IMG/VR virus record: IMGVR_UViG_3300023176_005537
Span: 1-64,000 of that record
DNA length: 64,000 bases
Direction: 5' to 3' (one strand)
From: a virus
Shown: positions 28,825-38,262 of the stretch, piece by piece
Layout of the letters: every line of letters starts with the position of its first letter
Position numbering within the stretch: position 1 is the stretch's first letter
Program-made: the position numbers and the translations under genes
The notes under the pieces: model-generated
Told to the model about the DNA's origin: nothing
The model's input: only the letters and a program-made list of their open reading frames with translations
Database searches by the model: none

Positions 28825-29026
28825 GATCGCAGAAAAGATCGCAAAAAAGATCACAAGGAAAAGATCAGTTTGCAACGGAGTGATCCCAGAGATCGAAAAA
28901 GAGATCAAAGAAGTTATTGAATTACTTCTTTGCCATTCAGAAAATCATCCGGAAACGTTTGGTTCATTGATGGTTGGGAGTAAAGAAGTGGCAATTCAAA
29001 AGCTAGAACAGTGGATGGAAAAATGA
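28817..29026 (+). CDS. hypothetical protein
   Basis: GGAGGAG RBS. Confidence 0.65.
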   Translation: MCKIAEKIAKKITRKRSVCNGVIPEIEKEIKEVIELLLCHSENHPETFGSLMVGSKEVAIQKLEQWMEK

Positions 29027-29083
29027 GAACTGGAGAGAACGACAAGTGGAAAGTAATCATTTCAACCGCTTGTGAAATAGTTC

Positions 29084-29113
29084 TTGACTGATCCTGCCAG
29101 ATCGTGCAATAAT
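29084..29113 (+). promoter_or_regulatory. GATC-containing sigma70 promoter class (copies at 31644, 32346, 34942; variants at 33404, 34216, about 38187, about 39443)
   Basis: TTGACTGATCnnnnnAGATCGTGCAATAAT repeated in front of separate cassettes. Confidence 0.8.
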
Positions 29114-29154
29114 GATTTCACACTGGCAAAAGCCCAAACAAAAAGGAGAACACA

Positions 29155-29343
29155 ATGTCTTGGGTTATACTTTTCTTTCTTTCTACTCTTTTCGTTTCAC
29201 AAATAATGAGAACAGTGTTAAGAACAGGAGACACTGTTATCGGTGCTTGGATTGCAATTTCAGCAATCGCAGCGTTCTGGATCGGGGTAGCAGTTGTTAT
29301 GTATCAGATCTTTATCTTCTTGGTTAATTTAATTGGAGCCTAA
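29155..29343 (+). CDS. small membrane protein
   Basis: Two hydrophobic segments; AAGGAG RBS. Confidence 0.7.
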   Translation: MSWVILFFLSTLFVSQIMRTVLRTGDTVIGAWIAISAIAAFWIGVAVVMYQIFIFLVNLIGA

Positions 29344-29344
29344 C

Positions 29345-29539
29345 ATGAAGAGCTTATTCTACAAAGGACAATATTGGAAAGTCGGAGACCTTGTTAAAGG
29401 CAGAGATGGTCGTTGTGGTTATATTGTGGGGTTAAATGTTCAAGAATATATTGATGTATATGTTAGTGCTGACGTTATTTGGCAAGACGGAGAGAAATTA
29501 TCCTTCTCTTTGAATTACTTGGAGTTGGTCAATGAATAA
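29345..29539 (+). CDS. small KOW/SH3-like protein
   Basis: YKG..WKVGDLV..A.V.WQ.GE...LNYLEL; paralogue of the next gene. Confidence 0.7.
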   Translation: MKSLFYKGQYWKVGDLVKGRDGRCGYIVGLNVQEYIDVYVSADVIWQDGEKLSFSLNYLELVNE

Positions 29540-29762
29540 CATGAGATATAAAGGAAAAACTTGGAAAGTAGGGGACTTCGTTTATAATAGAGCCGAAATC
29601 AGATTCTATCCTCGTCGCTTTGGTCACATTTTGAAGCTGGTCAAGGAAGAGTGCCAAGATGCTTATTCAGTTGGCCTTTTCAGGTATGAAGCCAATGTTG
29701 TTTGGCAAAACGGAGAGATTCATAGAATTAGCTTGGATTACTTGGAGTTGATCAATGAATGA
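29532..29762 (+). CDS. small KOW/SH3-like protein
   Basis: YKG..WKVGDFV..ANVVWQNGE..LDYLEL. Confidence 0.7.
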   Translation: MNNMRYKGKTWKVGDFVYNRAEIRFYPRRFGHILKLVKEECQDAYSVGLFRYEANVVWQNGEIHRISLDYLELINE

Positions 29763-29958
29763 TTTCAAAGTCGGAGATCTTGTCGTGGTCTCTCCAAACG
29801 CAACCCGTTGGTGTTCACTCAAGCCCCATCTGGGAATAGTGGTTAAGTGCCGTGGCAGTCTTATTGGGACTTGTGTTGTTGTTCTACAGGATGGGCGAAA
29901 AAGATTATTTAAAACATCGCAATTGCAAAAACTACTTGACAAACCAGAAAAATCCTGA
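29755..29958 (+). CDS. small KOW/SH3-like protein
   Basis: FKVGDLV..GIVV. Confidence 0.65.
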   Translation: MNDFKVGDLVVVSPNATRWCSLKPHLGIVVKCRGSLIGTCVVVLQDGRKRLFKTSQLQKLLDKPEKS

Positions 29959-30004
29959 TACCATTTAGAACAAGCTGGAAACACAAAACACAGGAGAATA
30001 TAAC

Positions 30005-30247
30005 ATGAAAACAGCTTACATCGCCTACTCAGACTGGGATGATGGTGTAATCATCTCGTCAAAAGTCTTTCAAACCGAACACGAGGCTAAAGCAGAACTC
30101 GAAATGATTCTCTGCGAAATTGCCGAAGCTAACGAGATCACATATACACCGCCCGAAAACCCTCAAAGGGATGAGTTTGAAGAAATCCTGCTCGATTGTG
30201 CTGGAACCTTCCACTTCGGAGTCCATAAGGTAAGACTTGTCTGGTAA
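30005..30247 (+). CDS. hypothetical protein
   Basis: AGGAG RBS. Confidence 0.7.
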   Translation: MKTAYIAYSDWDDGVIISSKVFQTEHEAKAELEMILCEIAEANEITYTPPENPQRDEFEEILLDCAGTFHFGVHKVRLVW

Positions 30248-30278
30248 CTAAAGAACACAAATACAGGAGAACAAAGAC

Positions 30279-31199
30279 ATGATGGGCTATGCTTGCATCA
30301 ACACCGATCTCTCAAGCCGATCCAAAAAAGATCGCATCACAACCAACCGCACAATGATCAAAAGAACCTTTGAACAGAAAGGTGTTGAGTATGCCTCTGA
30401 ATTGGCTGTGCAAAACTGTGCAGACCTTCTTCCCATCCTCCAGTGGAACGAGAAGAACGGCATTCGCTTCTTCCGCCTTTCATCGGAGTTCTTCCCGTGG
30501 GCATCCGAATATGATCTCAAAGATCTCCCGCACTACGAGCAGATCAAGAAATCACTTGCACAAGCGGGTGCATACGCAAAAAAACACAATCATCGCTTGA
30601 CTTGTCATCCCGGACATTTCAACAAGCTGGCCTCTCCAAAACCCAAGGTTGTCGAGAATACAATCAGGGATCTGGAAATCCACGGAGAATTGTTTGATCT
30701 TCTTGGCCTTTCAAGAACCCCTTACAACAAAATCAATATTCATGTGGGCGCAACGTATGGCGACAAAGAATCTGCCTGTGCCACATTCAATTCCAACTTC
30801 AAGAAATTATCAGACGCAGTGCGCTCCCGCCTGACCGTGGAGAACGACGACAAGGCATCCCTTTATTCTACAAAGGATCTGCACGAATTGATCTGGAAAA
30901 AGATCGGCACACCAATTGTTTTTGACTACCACCACCACAAGTTCTGTACTGGTGGGCAATCAGAAGAAGAAGCCCTCAAACTGGCAGCGTCCACTTGGGG
31001 TAAGTACAAGCCCGTTGTCCATTATTCAGAGAGCAGGGCAAAAGAGCAAAACGATTCAAAGATCAAGCCACAGGCGCATTCCGACTACATTCAAGAAAAG
31101 ATCTTGACTTATGGCGTTGACGTTGATATAATGGTCGAAGCCAAAGCAAAAGAGCAGGCTTTGTTGGAATGGAGCAAAAAACATGGAACGCTGGTATAA
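30279..31199 (+). CDS. uvsE: UV damage repair endonuclease
   Basis: GYACIN, FFRLSS, HPG.F, INIHVG, ENDD, FDYHHH, HYSE, AHSD, MVEAK.KE. Confidence 0.93.
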   Translation: MMGYACINTDLSSRSKKDRITTNRTMIKRTFEQKGVEYASELAVQNCADLLPILQWNEKNGIRFFRLSSEFFPWASEYDLKDLPHYEQIKKSLAQAGAYAKKHNHRLTCHPGHFNKLASPKPKVVENTIRDLEIHGELFDLLGLSRTPYNKINIHVGATYGDKESACATFNSNFKKLSDAVRSRLTVENDDKASLYSTKDLHELIWKKIGTPIVFDYHHHKFCTGGQSEEEALKLAASTWGKYKPVVHYSESRAKEQNDSKIKPQAHSDYIQEKILTYGVDVDIMVEAKAKEQALLEWSKKHGTLV

Positions 31200-31392
31200 A
31201 GAGGGAGAAGTAGTCAGAGATTGGAAAGGAAGGGTGGGCGTGATCATCCGTATGTACGACAAGAAAGCATACGGGCAAGAGATCTTCAAAGTGATCTGGC
31301 AAGATCAAACACAAACAACAGAGACGATCAGATCGGTTTGGTCTGGGGAGCAGGAAGATGAGGACAGCAGAGATCAACAAGTGGATCAATGA
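31183..31392 (+). CDS. hypothetical protein
   Basis: Coupled ORF; KEGEVV..GVI. Confidence 0.55.
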   Translation: MERWYKEGEVVRDWKGRVGVIIRMYDKKAYGQEIFKVIWQDQTQTTETIRSVWSGEQEDEDSRDQQVDQ

Positions 31393-31606
31393 AGGCGGAT
31401 CACTCTCTCAAGATCTAACACAAGAAGAGAAAGACCACCTCACAAAGTTGGGGCGGAGTGTTGACGAACACTGGCATTCCAACGGACAGAAGTCTTATGA
31501 ATGGAACTGGTTCCACGGAATGAAGCACGGCGTGTTCAAACATTGGGATAGAGACGGAATCCTCACCTATGATGCAGAATATTACTATGGGAACAAAATC
31601 AAGTAA
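31358..31606 (+). CDS. MORN-variant repeat protein, paralogue 3 (shortest)
   Basis: Same N- and C-terminal blocks as the 26664 and 26981 genes. Confidence 0.8.
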   Translation: MRTAEINKWINEGGSLSQDLTQEEKDHLTKLGRSVDEHWHSNGQKSYEWNWFHGMKHGVFKHWDRDGILTYDAEYYYGNKIK

Positions 31607-31715
31607 TCATTTCAGTTGTTTACAAAATAGTTGAAAATAGTTCTTGACTGATCCTTCGAGATCGTGCAATAATGTTTGCACATTGGCAGAAACACACCCC
31701 AAGGAGTACAAGAAA

Positions 31716-32099
31716 ATGGAATTGGTTGAACACGTTAAAGAATTGCTTCCCACCTGTGAGGAAGGCGCATACGGTGATCTGGAAGTAGTCGCATCCTGTC
31801 TTCAAGGTCTGCTTATCGCGGAAAACGCGGAGTTGGCAGACACCCATCTGGAGAGAATCTTCGATGCGATCAAAGAAGATCGGATCGTTGAGGATCACTG
31901 GGTGGAGGTATGGCTAGAGAACCGGGAGCCAGAAAGACGAGAGCTTCCGGGTCTCGTAGCCTTCGCAAGTTGGCTGCACACTTGGGATCTGATCGAGGAC
32001 GAGGAGTGGTATCACCACTTCGACAAATGGTGCGATGAGGAGTTTGGACAGTGCTATGATGGCGCACTATTCGAGTACGACAAGGAGTTGGGAGCATGA
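31716..32099 (+). CDS. acidic hypothetical protein
   Basis: AAGGAG RBS after promoter at 31644. Confidence 0.7.
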   Translation: MELVEHVKELLPTCEEGAYGDLEVVASCLQGLLIAENAELADTHLERIFDAIKEDRIVEDHWVEVWLENREPERRELPGLVAFASWLHTWDLIEDEEWYHHFDKWCDEEFGQCYDGALFEYDKELGA

Positions 32100-32332
32100 A
32101 AAAGCTGAACGCATTTCTCGAAGAATGGGGCGATCTCGTCTTTGAATACGGGATCAAATACAGTGACGACGACTTTCCGTTGGATGATCGCTTTGAGCCA
32201 ATGGCGCGAGCGATCGAAAGACAAGGCGTGTGGTGGCACATGCCCAAAGGCATTCAAAACTATGTGGTCATGTCCGACAGGGCAATGATGATCATGGAAA
32301 AAGCCTTTCAAAATCTGGCACTTACAGAATAA
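32096..32332 (+). CDS. hypothetical protein
   Basis: ATGA coupling. Confidence 0.7.
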   Translation: MKKLNAFLEEWGDLVFEYGIKYSDDDFPLDDRFEPMARAIERQGVWWHMPKGIQNYVVMSDRAMMIMEKAFQNLALTE

Positions 32333-32413
32333 TCGAAAAAAGATCTTGACTGATCTCACCAGATCGTGCAATAATGATTGTCGTTGGTGAGAACAAACAC
32401 AGAGGAGGCTGAT

Positions 32414-33325
32414 ATGCCGCACATGACTTGGAAGTCGGAATTGGAAAAAAGAGTCGCAATCATCGAGGAGTTTCTCCGTTTTCACAATGAAAACAAGGAG
32501 TTCAACAAAGAGGCTTCGTATGGGCTACACAGGTTCCTCAAAGAAGAGGAGACTGTCTCGGTTCTTCGCGATCTGGCGGCTATCGCACCAGCAGATCACA
32601 GGATCAATGTTGCGACATACTCGGAGGACGTGTGTCCACCCCTGCACAAACGCTACATGGAGATCGGATATACAATGCGCAACGCTATTGATCAGACTTC
32701 AGGGAACCTTCAGGATTATCTGGAAGACTACAAGAAGCTGATCGCGTCGGAGGTGACATTCAGAGACAAAACACATTCTGAAGAAATGCTCGCCCTCTGG
32801 GAGCTTTTCAAAAGATCAGCCCGTGAAGGTTCCCTGAAGCCCGGAGGTGATCAATTCAAGAACATGGGGGCGGAACCAACAAAGCAGCAGCATGATGAGC
32901 TTTTCTACTACGATGGCGACAAGGTATGCCTCAAGTACAACAGTTGGGCTAACGACCAGTTTAAAACGAAGTACCAGTGGATGAGGTGTCTTTCAAAGCC
33001 AAAATACAATCAGGGTCAGACCGTTTATTTCAAGACCAACGCCCCTGTTCGCAAGGGTCGCGGCTACTGGTACAGCAGCATTACTGACGTAGAAAAAGCC
33101 GAGAGAAAGCTGGCAGAAGAGAAGGCGGCTGGTACGCTGACAAACAAACCTGCCCTTGTTATCGAGGTTCCGGAGATTGTTCCGGAGGGTGATTACCAAG
33201 GCAACCGTCTTTACAAGGTGATGCTTCCGGGGTATCCTGCTCCTGTTTGCCTCCCAGAGCGGTGCTTCAAGAAGTCTATTTCTACCAGAGGTAGGAAGAA
33301 AAACAAAAGCAATCTTCCTGCATAA
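32414..33325 (+). CDS. hypothetical protein, paralogue family A
   Basis: Shares LWxLFxRSAREGS..NMGAEPTK..KPKY..NKPALVIEVPEIVPEGDY.GNRLYK with the 33473 gene. Confidence 0.8.
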   Translation: MPHMTWKSELEKRVAIIEEFLRFHNENKEFNKEASYGLHRFLKEEETVSVLRDLAAIAPADHRINVATYSEDVCPPLHKRYMEIGYTMRNAIDQTSGNLQDYLEDYKKLIASEVTFRDKTHSEEMLALWELFKRSAREGSLKPGGDQFKNMGAEPTKQQHDELFYYDGDKVCLKYNSWANDQFKTKYQWMRCLSKPKYNQGQTVYFKTNAPVRKGRGYWYSSITDVEKAERKLAEEKAAGTLTNKPALVIEVPEIVPEGDYQGNRLYKVMLPGYPAPVCLPERCFKKSISTRGRKKNKSNLPA

Positions 33326-33456
33326 AAAAAGATTCACCAGCAAGATCAAGGGGTTGGAAACCAGAGTGCGTCAACCCCCTGATTTTGTTGAAGATCTTTT
33401 TCCTTGATCGATCCTACCAGATCGGCTATAATGGTCGTCGTTGGTGAGAACACAAA
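33323..33456 (+). repeat. about 135-bp intergenic direct repeat (copy 2 at about 34136-34268)
   Basis: Near-identical block containing an inverted IHF-like pair, a GATC promoter and a leader. Confidence 0.9.
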
Positions 33457-33472
33457 TGACAAGGAGAAAAGA

Positions 33473-34138
33473 ATGTTCAGCGCAGAATACTGTAAAGCGT
33501 CGGAACGAGATCTACGAAGACTCATTGAGTCAGAGGAGGCTTTCAAAAATAAAACACACTGGGATCAAATAATCCCCCTGTGGGATCTTTTCCGTAGATC
33601 CGCACGGGAGGGTTCGATCGTACCCAGAGGCGGCTTTGCAGCCCCCAACCTCTTCGAGAACATGGGGGCGGAGCCAACAAAAGAGCAGTATGATAGGCTT
33701 TTTTACTGTGATGGAGGGCGGCTTTTCCTCCAGTATAACTCCTGCGTCACCGACTCATTCACCGACAGGTACGGGTGGATGAAGCAGCTTTCAAAGCCAA
33801 AATACAAACAGGGGCAGACGATCTACTTCAAGGCAAACGCCCCTGTTCGCAAGGGTAAGCGCGGTATCCTCCAGAAGTTGTCGCGCTGGGGCAACTTCAA
33901 CGAAGTAGAGAAAGCCGAGGAGAAGCTAGCCAAAGAGAAGGAGGCTGGCACGTTGGCAAACAAGCCCGCCCTTGTCATCGAGGTTCCGGAGATCGTCCCG
34001 GAGGGCGACTATAAAGGGAACCGTCTCTATAAGCTTGAGATTTCGGGGTATCCTGCTCCGGTGATCCTTCCAGAGAGGTGCTTCAAGAAGTCTAACACGG
34101 TCAGACGTAGGAAGAAGAAAAGCAACAAACCTTCATAA
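33473..34138 (+). CDS. hypothetical protein, paralogue family A
   Basis: High similarity to the C-terminal two-thirds of the 32414 gene. Confidence 0.8.
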   Translation: MFSAEYCKASERDLRRLIESEEAFKNKTHWDQIIPLWDLFRRSAREGSIVPRGGFAAPNLFENMGAEPTKEQYDRLFYCDGGRLFLQYNSCVTDSFTDRYGWMKQLSKPKYKQGQTIYFKANAPVRKGKRGILQKLSRWGNFNEVEKAEEKLAKEKEAGTLANKPALVIEVPEIVPEGDYKGNRLYKLEISGYPAPVILPERCFKKSNTVRRRKKKSNKPS

Positions 34139-34281
34139 AAAAGATTCATCAGCAAGATCAAGGAGTTGGAAACCAGAGTGCGTCAACGCTTTGATTTTGT
34201 TGAAGATCTTTTTTGTTGACCGATCCTGCCAGATCGGCTATAATGGTCGTCGTTGGTGAGAACACAAACGAGGAGGATGCG

Positions 34282-34908
34282 ATGAGCGTCAAAAAGAAGA
34301 TCAAAGAGATGAAGGATCGCGGTGGCTACAAGGCTCTCACAGAGTGGGAGCAGCGGTTCTGTGATTCTGTTCTTTCCTCCAAGTATGACTCCCTGACCTA
34401 TCGACAGGAGCCGTACTTTGAGAGGATCATGAAGAAAACCTCCCCAGAGCGTATGAATGGCCTCGCCCTCTGGCAGAGGAGCGGCGGCTACACTGAAGAA
34501 AGAAAGGCGATCGCAAAGATCGTCGCCCCTTATTACCTGCGAGGCAAGAAGTATTTCTATGACCTCGCCAAGCAAGCCCTCGAAGGGAAAGAGCTTTCCT
34601 TTGGTCAATACAAGGCTATGTGCGAGAACAAGTACGCACGAGCCATTGTAGAGGCTCACAGAGCCAAGCCAAAATACAAAGAAGGCGATCAAGTCTTCGT
34701 CACCACCAACATAAAGGGGGATTCCTCTACACAGAAGAGGGAATACTTCAGCAAAATCAGAGGTTTGCGAGGAACGCCTCTTTTTATTCTCGAAGTCAAC
34801 GCGGAGACACCCCTATCCCCCGCGAAGGGCGCGAAACAATACCGCGTTCTTCCGATCGGAGGGGAGCCAGTTTTGATTGAGGAGCGAAACCTCAAAAAGC
34901 GGAAGTAA
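34282..34908 (+). CDS. hypothetical protein, divergent member of family A
   Basis: KPKYKEG..P.FILEV..Y.V...G..PV..EER..KK. Confidence 0.75.
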   Translation: MSVKKKIKEMKDRGGYKALTEWEQRFCDSVLSSKYDSLTYRQEPYFERIMKKTSPERMNGLALWQRSGGYTEERKAIAKIVAPYYLRGKKYFYDLAKQALEGKELSFGQYKAMCENKYARAIVEAHRAKPKYKEGDQVFVTTNIKGDSSTQKREYFSKIRGLRGTPLFILEVNAETPLSPAKGAKQYRVLPIGGEPVLIEERNLKKRK

Positions 34909-35042
34909 ACCAAGAACTTACAAAATAGTTGAAAAAAGTTCTTGACTGATCCTGTCAGATCGTGCAATAATGTTTGCACATCGTCGGGAGTGAGATTGTC
35001 TCCTCCCATTTTTTTCAAGCCATTCTTTCTAGGAGAAACATC

Positions 35043-36092
35043 ATGGCTATTGATTTCAAAACCTTCAATTCCGTCGTCCCCCATGTTGTCGCAGACCTCA
35101 AACCCGTCCTGATCCGTGGTAGACACGGGGTCGGAAAGTCCGAGACCGTCTATCAGATCGCAGAAAAGATCGGCCTGCCCGTGGTGGAGCGTCGTGCTTC
35201 TCAAATGACCGAGGGCGATCTGATCGGATTGCCCGTCGTGGACGGAGAAGCTACAAGCTGGAACCCTCCCGACTGGTTCAAGACCGCTTGCAGCGAGCCT
35301 GTGGTCTTGTTTCTTGACGAGATTGATCGAGCCACCCTCGAAGTCCGTCAAGGGATCTTCGAGCTTACCGATAGCCGCAAGCTCAACGGTCACGCTCTCC
35401 ACGAGCAGACCGTGATCTTCGGTGCTATCAACGGTGGGGAGCATGGCTCCCAATACCAAGTCGGCGAGTTTGACCCTGCCGAATTGGATCGCTGGACGGT
35501 CTTCGATGTTGAGCCAAGCGTCGAGGACTGGCTCACTTGGGCAGCGGATCACGTTGACCAGAAGATCTGGGACTTCGTGAACCAGAACCGCCAACACCTC
35601 GAACACAAGGAAGACTTTGAGCCAAACAAAGTGTACCCTTCCCGACGTTCGTGGAAGCGGCTGTCCGATTGTCTCGTCAAAGGCGACCTCTTGAACGAGG
35701 CCTCGCCTGTTCTGTTCCAGTTGTCCGTAGCCTACGTCGGCTTCGAGGCTGGCGTGGCTCTCAACGACTTCATCGACCAGTACAAGAGCGTCGTTACCAT
35801 CGAGCAACTGCTCGACAAGGGCGATGTGAAGGCAACCAAAGACTTCAGCATCAACGACCACTGCGCGATGATCGAGAAGATCGACGCTGCAAAGGTGTTT
35901 GACTCCATCCTTCCTGCGGGAAGAATGAAGAACCTCGCCAAGTACTTTGTGACGCTTCCCTCCGAGGTGGCGGTCAAACTGTGGGCTCAGATGGGCTCCT
36001 CCGGTCGTCCGGTGGAGAACAGCACCGCGTTCCACAAAGAGCCGGGTGTGTCCGAGGCTTTCGTCAAAATGTACGCTTCTCAAAACAAATAA
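35043..36092 (+). CDS. MoxR-like AAA+ ATPase
   Basis: GRHGVGKS, DLIGLP, LFLDEIDRA, DPA.LDR, PSRRSW. Confidence 0.9.
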   Translation: MAIDFKTFNSVVPHVVADLKPVLIRGRHGVGKSETVYQIAEKIGLPVVERRASQMTEGDLIGLPVVDGEATSWNPPDWFKTACSEPVVLFLDEIDRATLEVRQGIFELTDSRKLNGHALHEQTVIFGAINGGEHGSQYQVGEFDPAELDRWTVFDVEPSVEDWLTWAADHVDQKIWDFVNQNRQHLEHKEDFEPNKVYPSRRSWKRLSDCLVKGDLLNEASPVLFQLSVAYVGFEAGVALNDFIDQYKSVVTIEQLLDKGDVKATKDFSINDHCAMIEKIDAAKVFDSILPAGRMKNLAKYFVTLPSEVAVKLWAQMGSSGRPVENSTAFHKEPGVSEAFVKMYASQNK

Positions 36093-36177
36093 TCCTTTTT
36101 CCGCTTGACAAACGATCGGGGTTTTTGCTATAATGTGTGGACATTGGCAAAACCCCTTTCGTTTTTGGAGGATCGCT

Positions 36178-37341
36178 ATGTTCGATCTAAATGATCACAC
36201 CGCCCGTGTTCTCGTGGGTGAACCGTTCTTTGCTGCCCTGTCCCGCAGGGTGGAGAAGAGGATCAACAAGGACATCCCGACCGCTGGCGTTCGCGTCAAC
36301 GAGCGCGGGTTCTACGAGATGGTCTACAATCCGGATTTCTTCGAGACTCTCACAGACCGAGAGATCGGTGGTGTCCTCAAGCACGAGTTTTACCACCTGA
36401 TCTTCCGGCATTGCGAAGAGCGTCTCCCCGAAGGGGGCATGTCGAAGATTTGGAACATTGCCACCGATCTGGCTATCAACAGCCACCTGATCGGTGAACT
36501 GCCGGAGAATGGCTGCATTCCGGGTCAGGGGCATTTCAAGGACTATCCTGTCGGCCTCTCTTCCGAGCAGTATCTCAAAATGCTGCAAGATGATCCACGC
36601 TCCCAGTCCAGTGGTGGCGGGGAAGATGGAGAAGAAGGAGACGGTCTTCCCGATAACATGGACGATCACTCCGGCTGGGGTGGTGACAAGGACAGCGAAG
36701 ACAAAAAGGAGCAAGCCAAGCAGAGGCTCAAGGAAGCCCTCAAAGGGGCTGCTGAGGAGGCTGCGAAGCGTGACTGGGGGTCTGTGTCCAATTCCGTGCG
36801 AGAGACCGTTATGGAGGCTCTCAAGAGCCGTCTGGACTGGCGCAAGGTTCTGCGTTACTTCGTAAAGTGTTCACAGAACGCTCACAAGAAAAGCACGATC
36901 AAAAGGATCAACAAGCGGTTTCCCTACATCCACGCCGGACGTAGAGCAGACCGCGTTGCCAACGTCGCGATCTCGATTGATCAGTCCGGATCGGTGTCTG
37001 AAGAGATGCTAGCCGCGTTCTACGCGGAGTTGGACAAGCTGTCCACACTGGCAACGTTCACTGTGATCCCCTTCGACACGAGGGTAGAAGAGGAGCATGT
37101 CTTCATCTGGAAGAAGGGAATGACCCACAAGAAGGAGCGTTACCTTCACGGTGGGACTTGTTTCGACGCTCCCACCGCGTTTGTGAACGATCGTGACTTC
37201 GACGGTCACATCATCCTGACGGACATGGAGGCTCCTAAGCCTCGGCGTTCAAAGTGTCAGAGAATGTGGCTCACAACCCAAGACTGCAAAGACAGAGTGT
37301 ACTGGTCAACCCACGAGAGAATCGTCGCTATCGACGATTGA
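36178..37341 (+). CDS. metallopeptidase-like plus VWA domain protein (DUF2201-type)
   Basis: HEFYH, WNIA.D.AIN, IDQSGS MIDAS, GGT.F, LTD. Confidence 0.88.
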   Translation: MFDLNDHTARVLVGEPFFAALSRRVEKRINKDIPTAGVRVNERGFYEMVYNPDFFETLTDREIGGVLKHEFYHLIFRHCEERLPEGGMSKIWNIATDLAINSHLIGELPENGCIPGQGHFKDYPVGLSSEQYLKMLQDDPRSQSSGGGEDGEEGDGLPDNMDDHSGWGGDKDSEDKKEQAKQRLKEALKGAAEEAAKRDWGSVSNSVRETVMEALKSRLDWRKVLRYFVKCSQNAHKKSTIKRINKRFPYIHAGRRADRVANVAISIDQSGSVSEEMLAAFYAELDKLSTLATFTVIPFDTRVEEEHVFIWKKGMTHKKERYLHGGTCFDAPTAFVNDRDFDGHIILTDMEAPKPRRSKCQRMWLTTQDCKDRVYWSTHERIVAIDD

Positions 37342-37355
37342 GAGGAAAGAAAAGA

Positions 37356-37787
37356 ATGTATCAACCCCATGCCTTCGACGAGAGAGTAGCAGAAGGTTTC
37401 GCAAACTACGAGAAAGAGGAGAAGACAATGACAGACGTATCCATTTCAAGCGGCGCATTCCGCGCTTACATGGAGCAGAATTATTTAAACCAGTTGGACA
37501 AGGAAGCTCTGTTGGAGATGCTGGTGGAGGTTCTTCCCCTCGAAGACCTCGTGCTTCTAGCAAGAGAAGTGTGGGATCTTCCCTTCGCGATGAAGCCAGA
37601 TGGCTCCGTTGCCATCGAGGATGTGGAGCAGTTGCTAGTCCCAGACTACAACGATCCTCTCGACGACGACGAGGATTGTGGCTGTGATGAATGGCAAGAG
37701 GACGAGGAATACCTCGAATACACGGGGATGGGAGAAGACCTCGAAACCTCTTACCGCGAGGACTTCGAAAGGTTGGTCGGACAATGA
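37356..37787 (+). CDS. acidic hypothetical protein (alternative start 37428)
   Basis: ORF track plus RBS. Confidence 0.6.
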   Translation: MYQPHAFDERVAEGFANYEKEEKTMTDVSISSGAFRAYMEQNYLNQLDKEALLEMLVEVLPLEDLVLLAREVWDLPFAMKPDGSVAIEDVEQLLVPDYNDPLDDDEDCGCDEWQEDEEYLEYTGMGEDLETSYREDFERLVGQ

Positions 37788-38017
37788 GAGAGTTGATACA
37801 GGAGACATATCAAAAATACCGTGATATTTCACAGTGTTCCCCCCAAATGTTTGTGACAGCCACTTGGACTGATCTTCTCGCTCTTGCCGAGGGTGACAGG
37901 CTTGAAGAGCTTTTGGAGGAAGGGTTGATCCCCAACCTCCCACCAGAGGCTTGGCAGGGGATTGTGGAAGACCTAAAGCCCCACTACGAGCTAGCTTTGT
38001 GGAAGGTATCGCCATGA
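37784..38017 (+). CDS. hypothetical protein
   Basis: ATGA coupling. Confidence 0.65.
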   Translation: MRELIQETYQKYRDISQCSPQMFVTATWTDLLALAEGDRLEELLEEGLIPNLPPEAWQGIVEDLKPHYELALWKVSP

Positions 38018-38109
38018 GAGACAGGGAATGGTGGGGGGATTTCCTTTTACTTATCGGGATGTTGCTGGCCTTTCTCTGGGTCAATTCCCTTTTCTTTTTG
38101 TCCAGATAA
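38014..38109 (+). CDS. 31-aa single-TM peptide (not in ORF track)
   Basis: ATGA coupling; MRDREWWGDFLLLIGMLLAFLWVNSLFFLSR. Confidence 0.5.
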   Translation: MRDREWWGDFLLLIGMLLAFLWVNSLFFLSR

Positions 38110-38262
38110 AATATTTTCTTCAATGAGATCAGGGGGTTGAGAGAGCATCGGCCTCAACTCCTTGGTTTCATTGAGGATCTTTTTTGTTGATCGATCCTGA
38201 TCTTTTTGCTATAATAGAGGACACAAGGGCAATGAAGCCCCCAAGAAGGTGGAGACAACGCC

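Noticed and set aside
26664-31606. Diversity-generating retroelement acting on the MORN paralogues
   Set aside because: No reverse transcriptase in the window; differences between copies are not confined to adenines, and all copies are intact ORFs
34689-36083. 464-aa minus-strand ORF and other long antisense ORFs in 32-45 kb
   Set aside because: Shadow frames of well-supported plus-strand genes in GC-rich DNA, with no motifs or RBS
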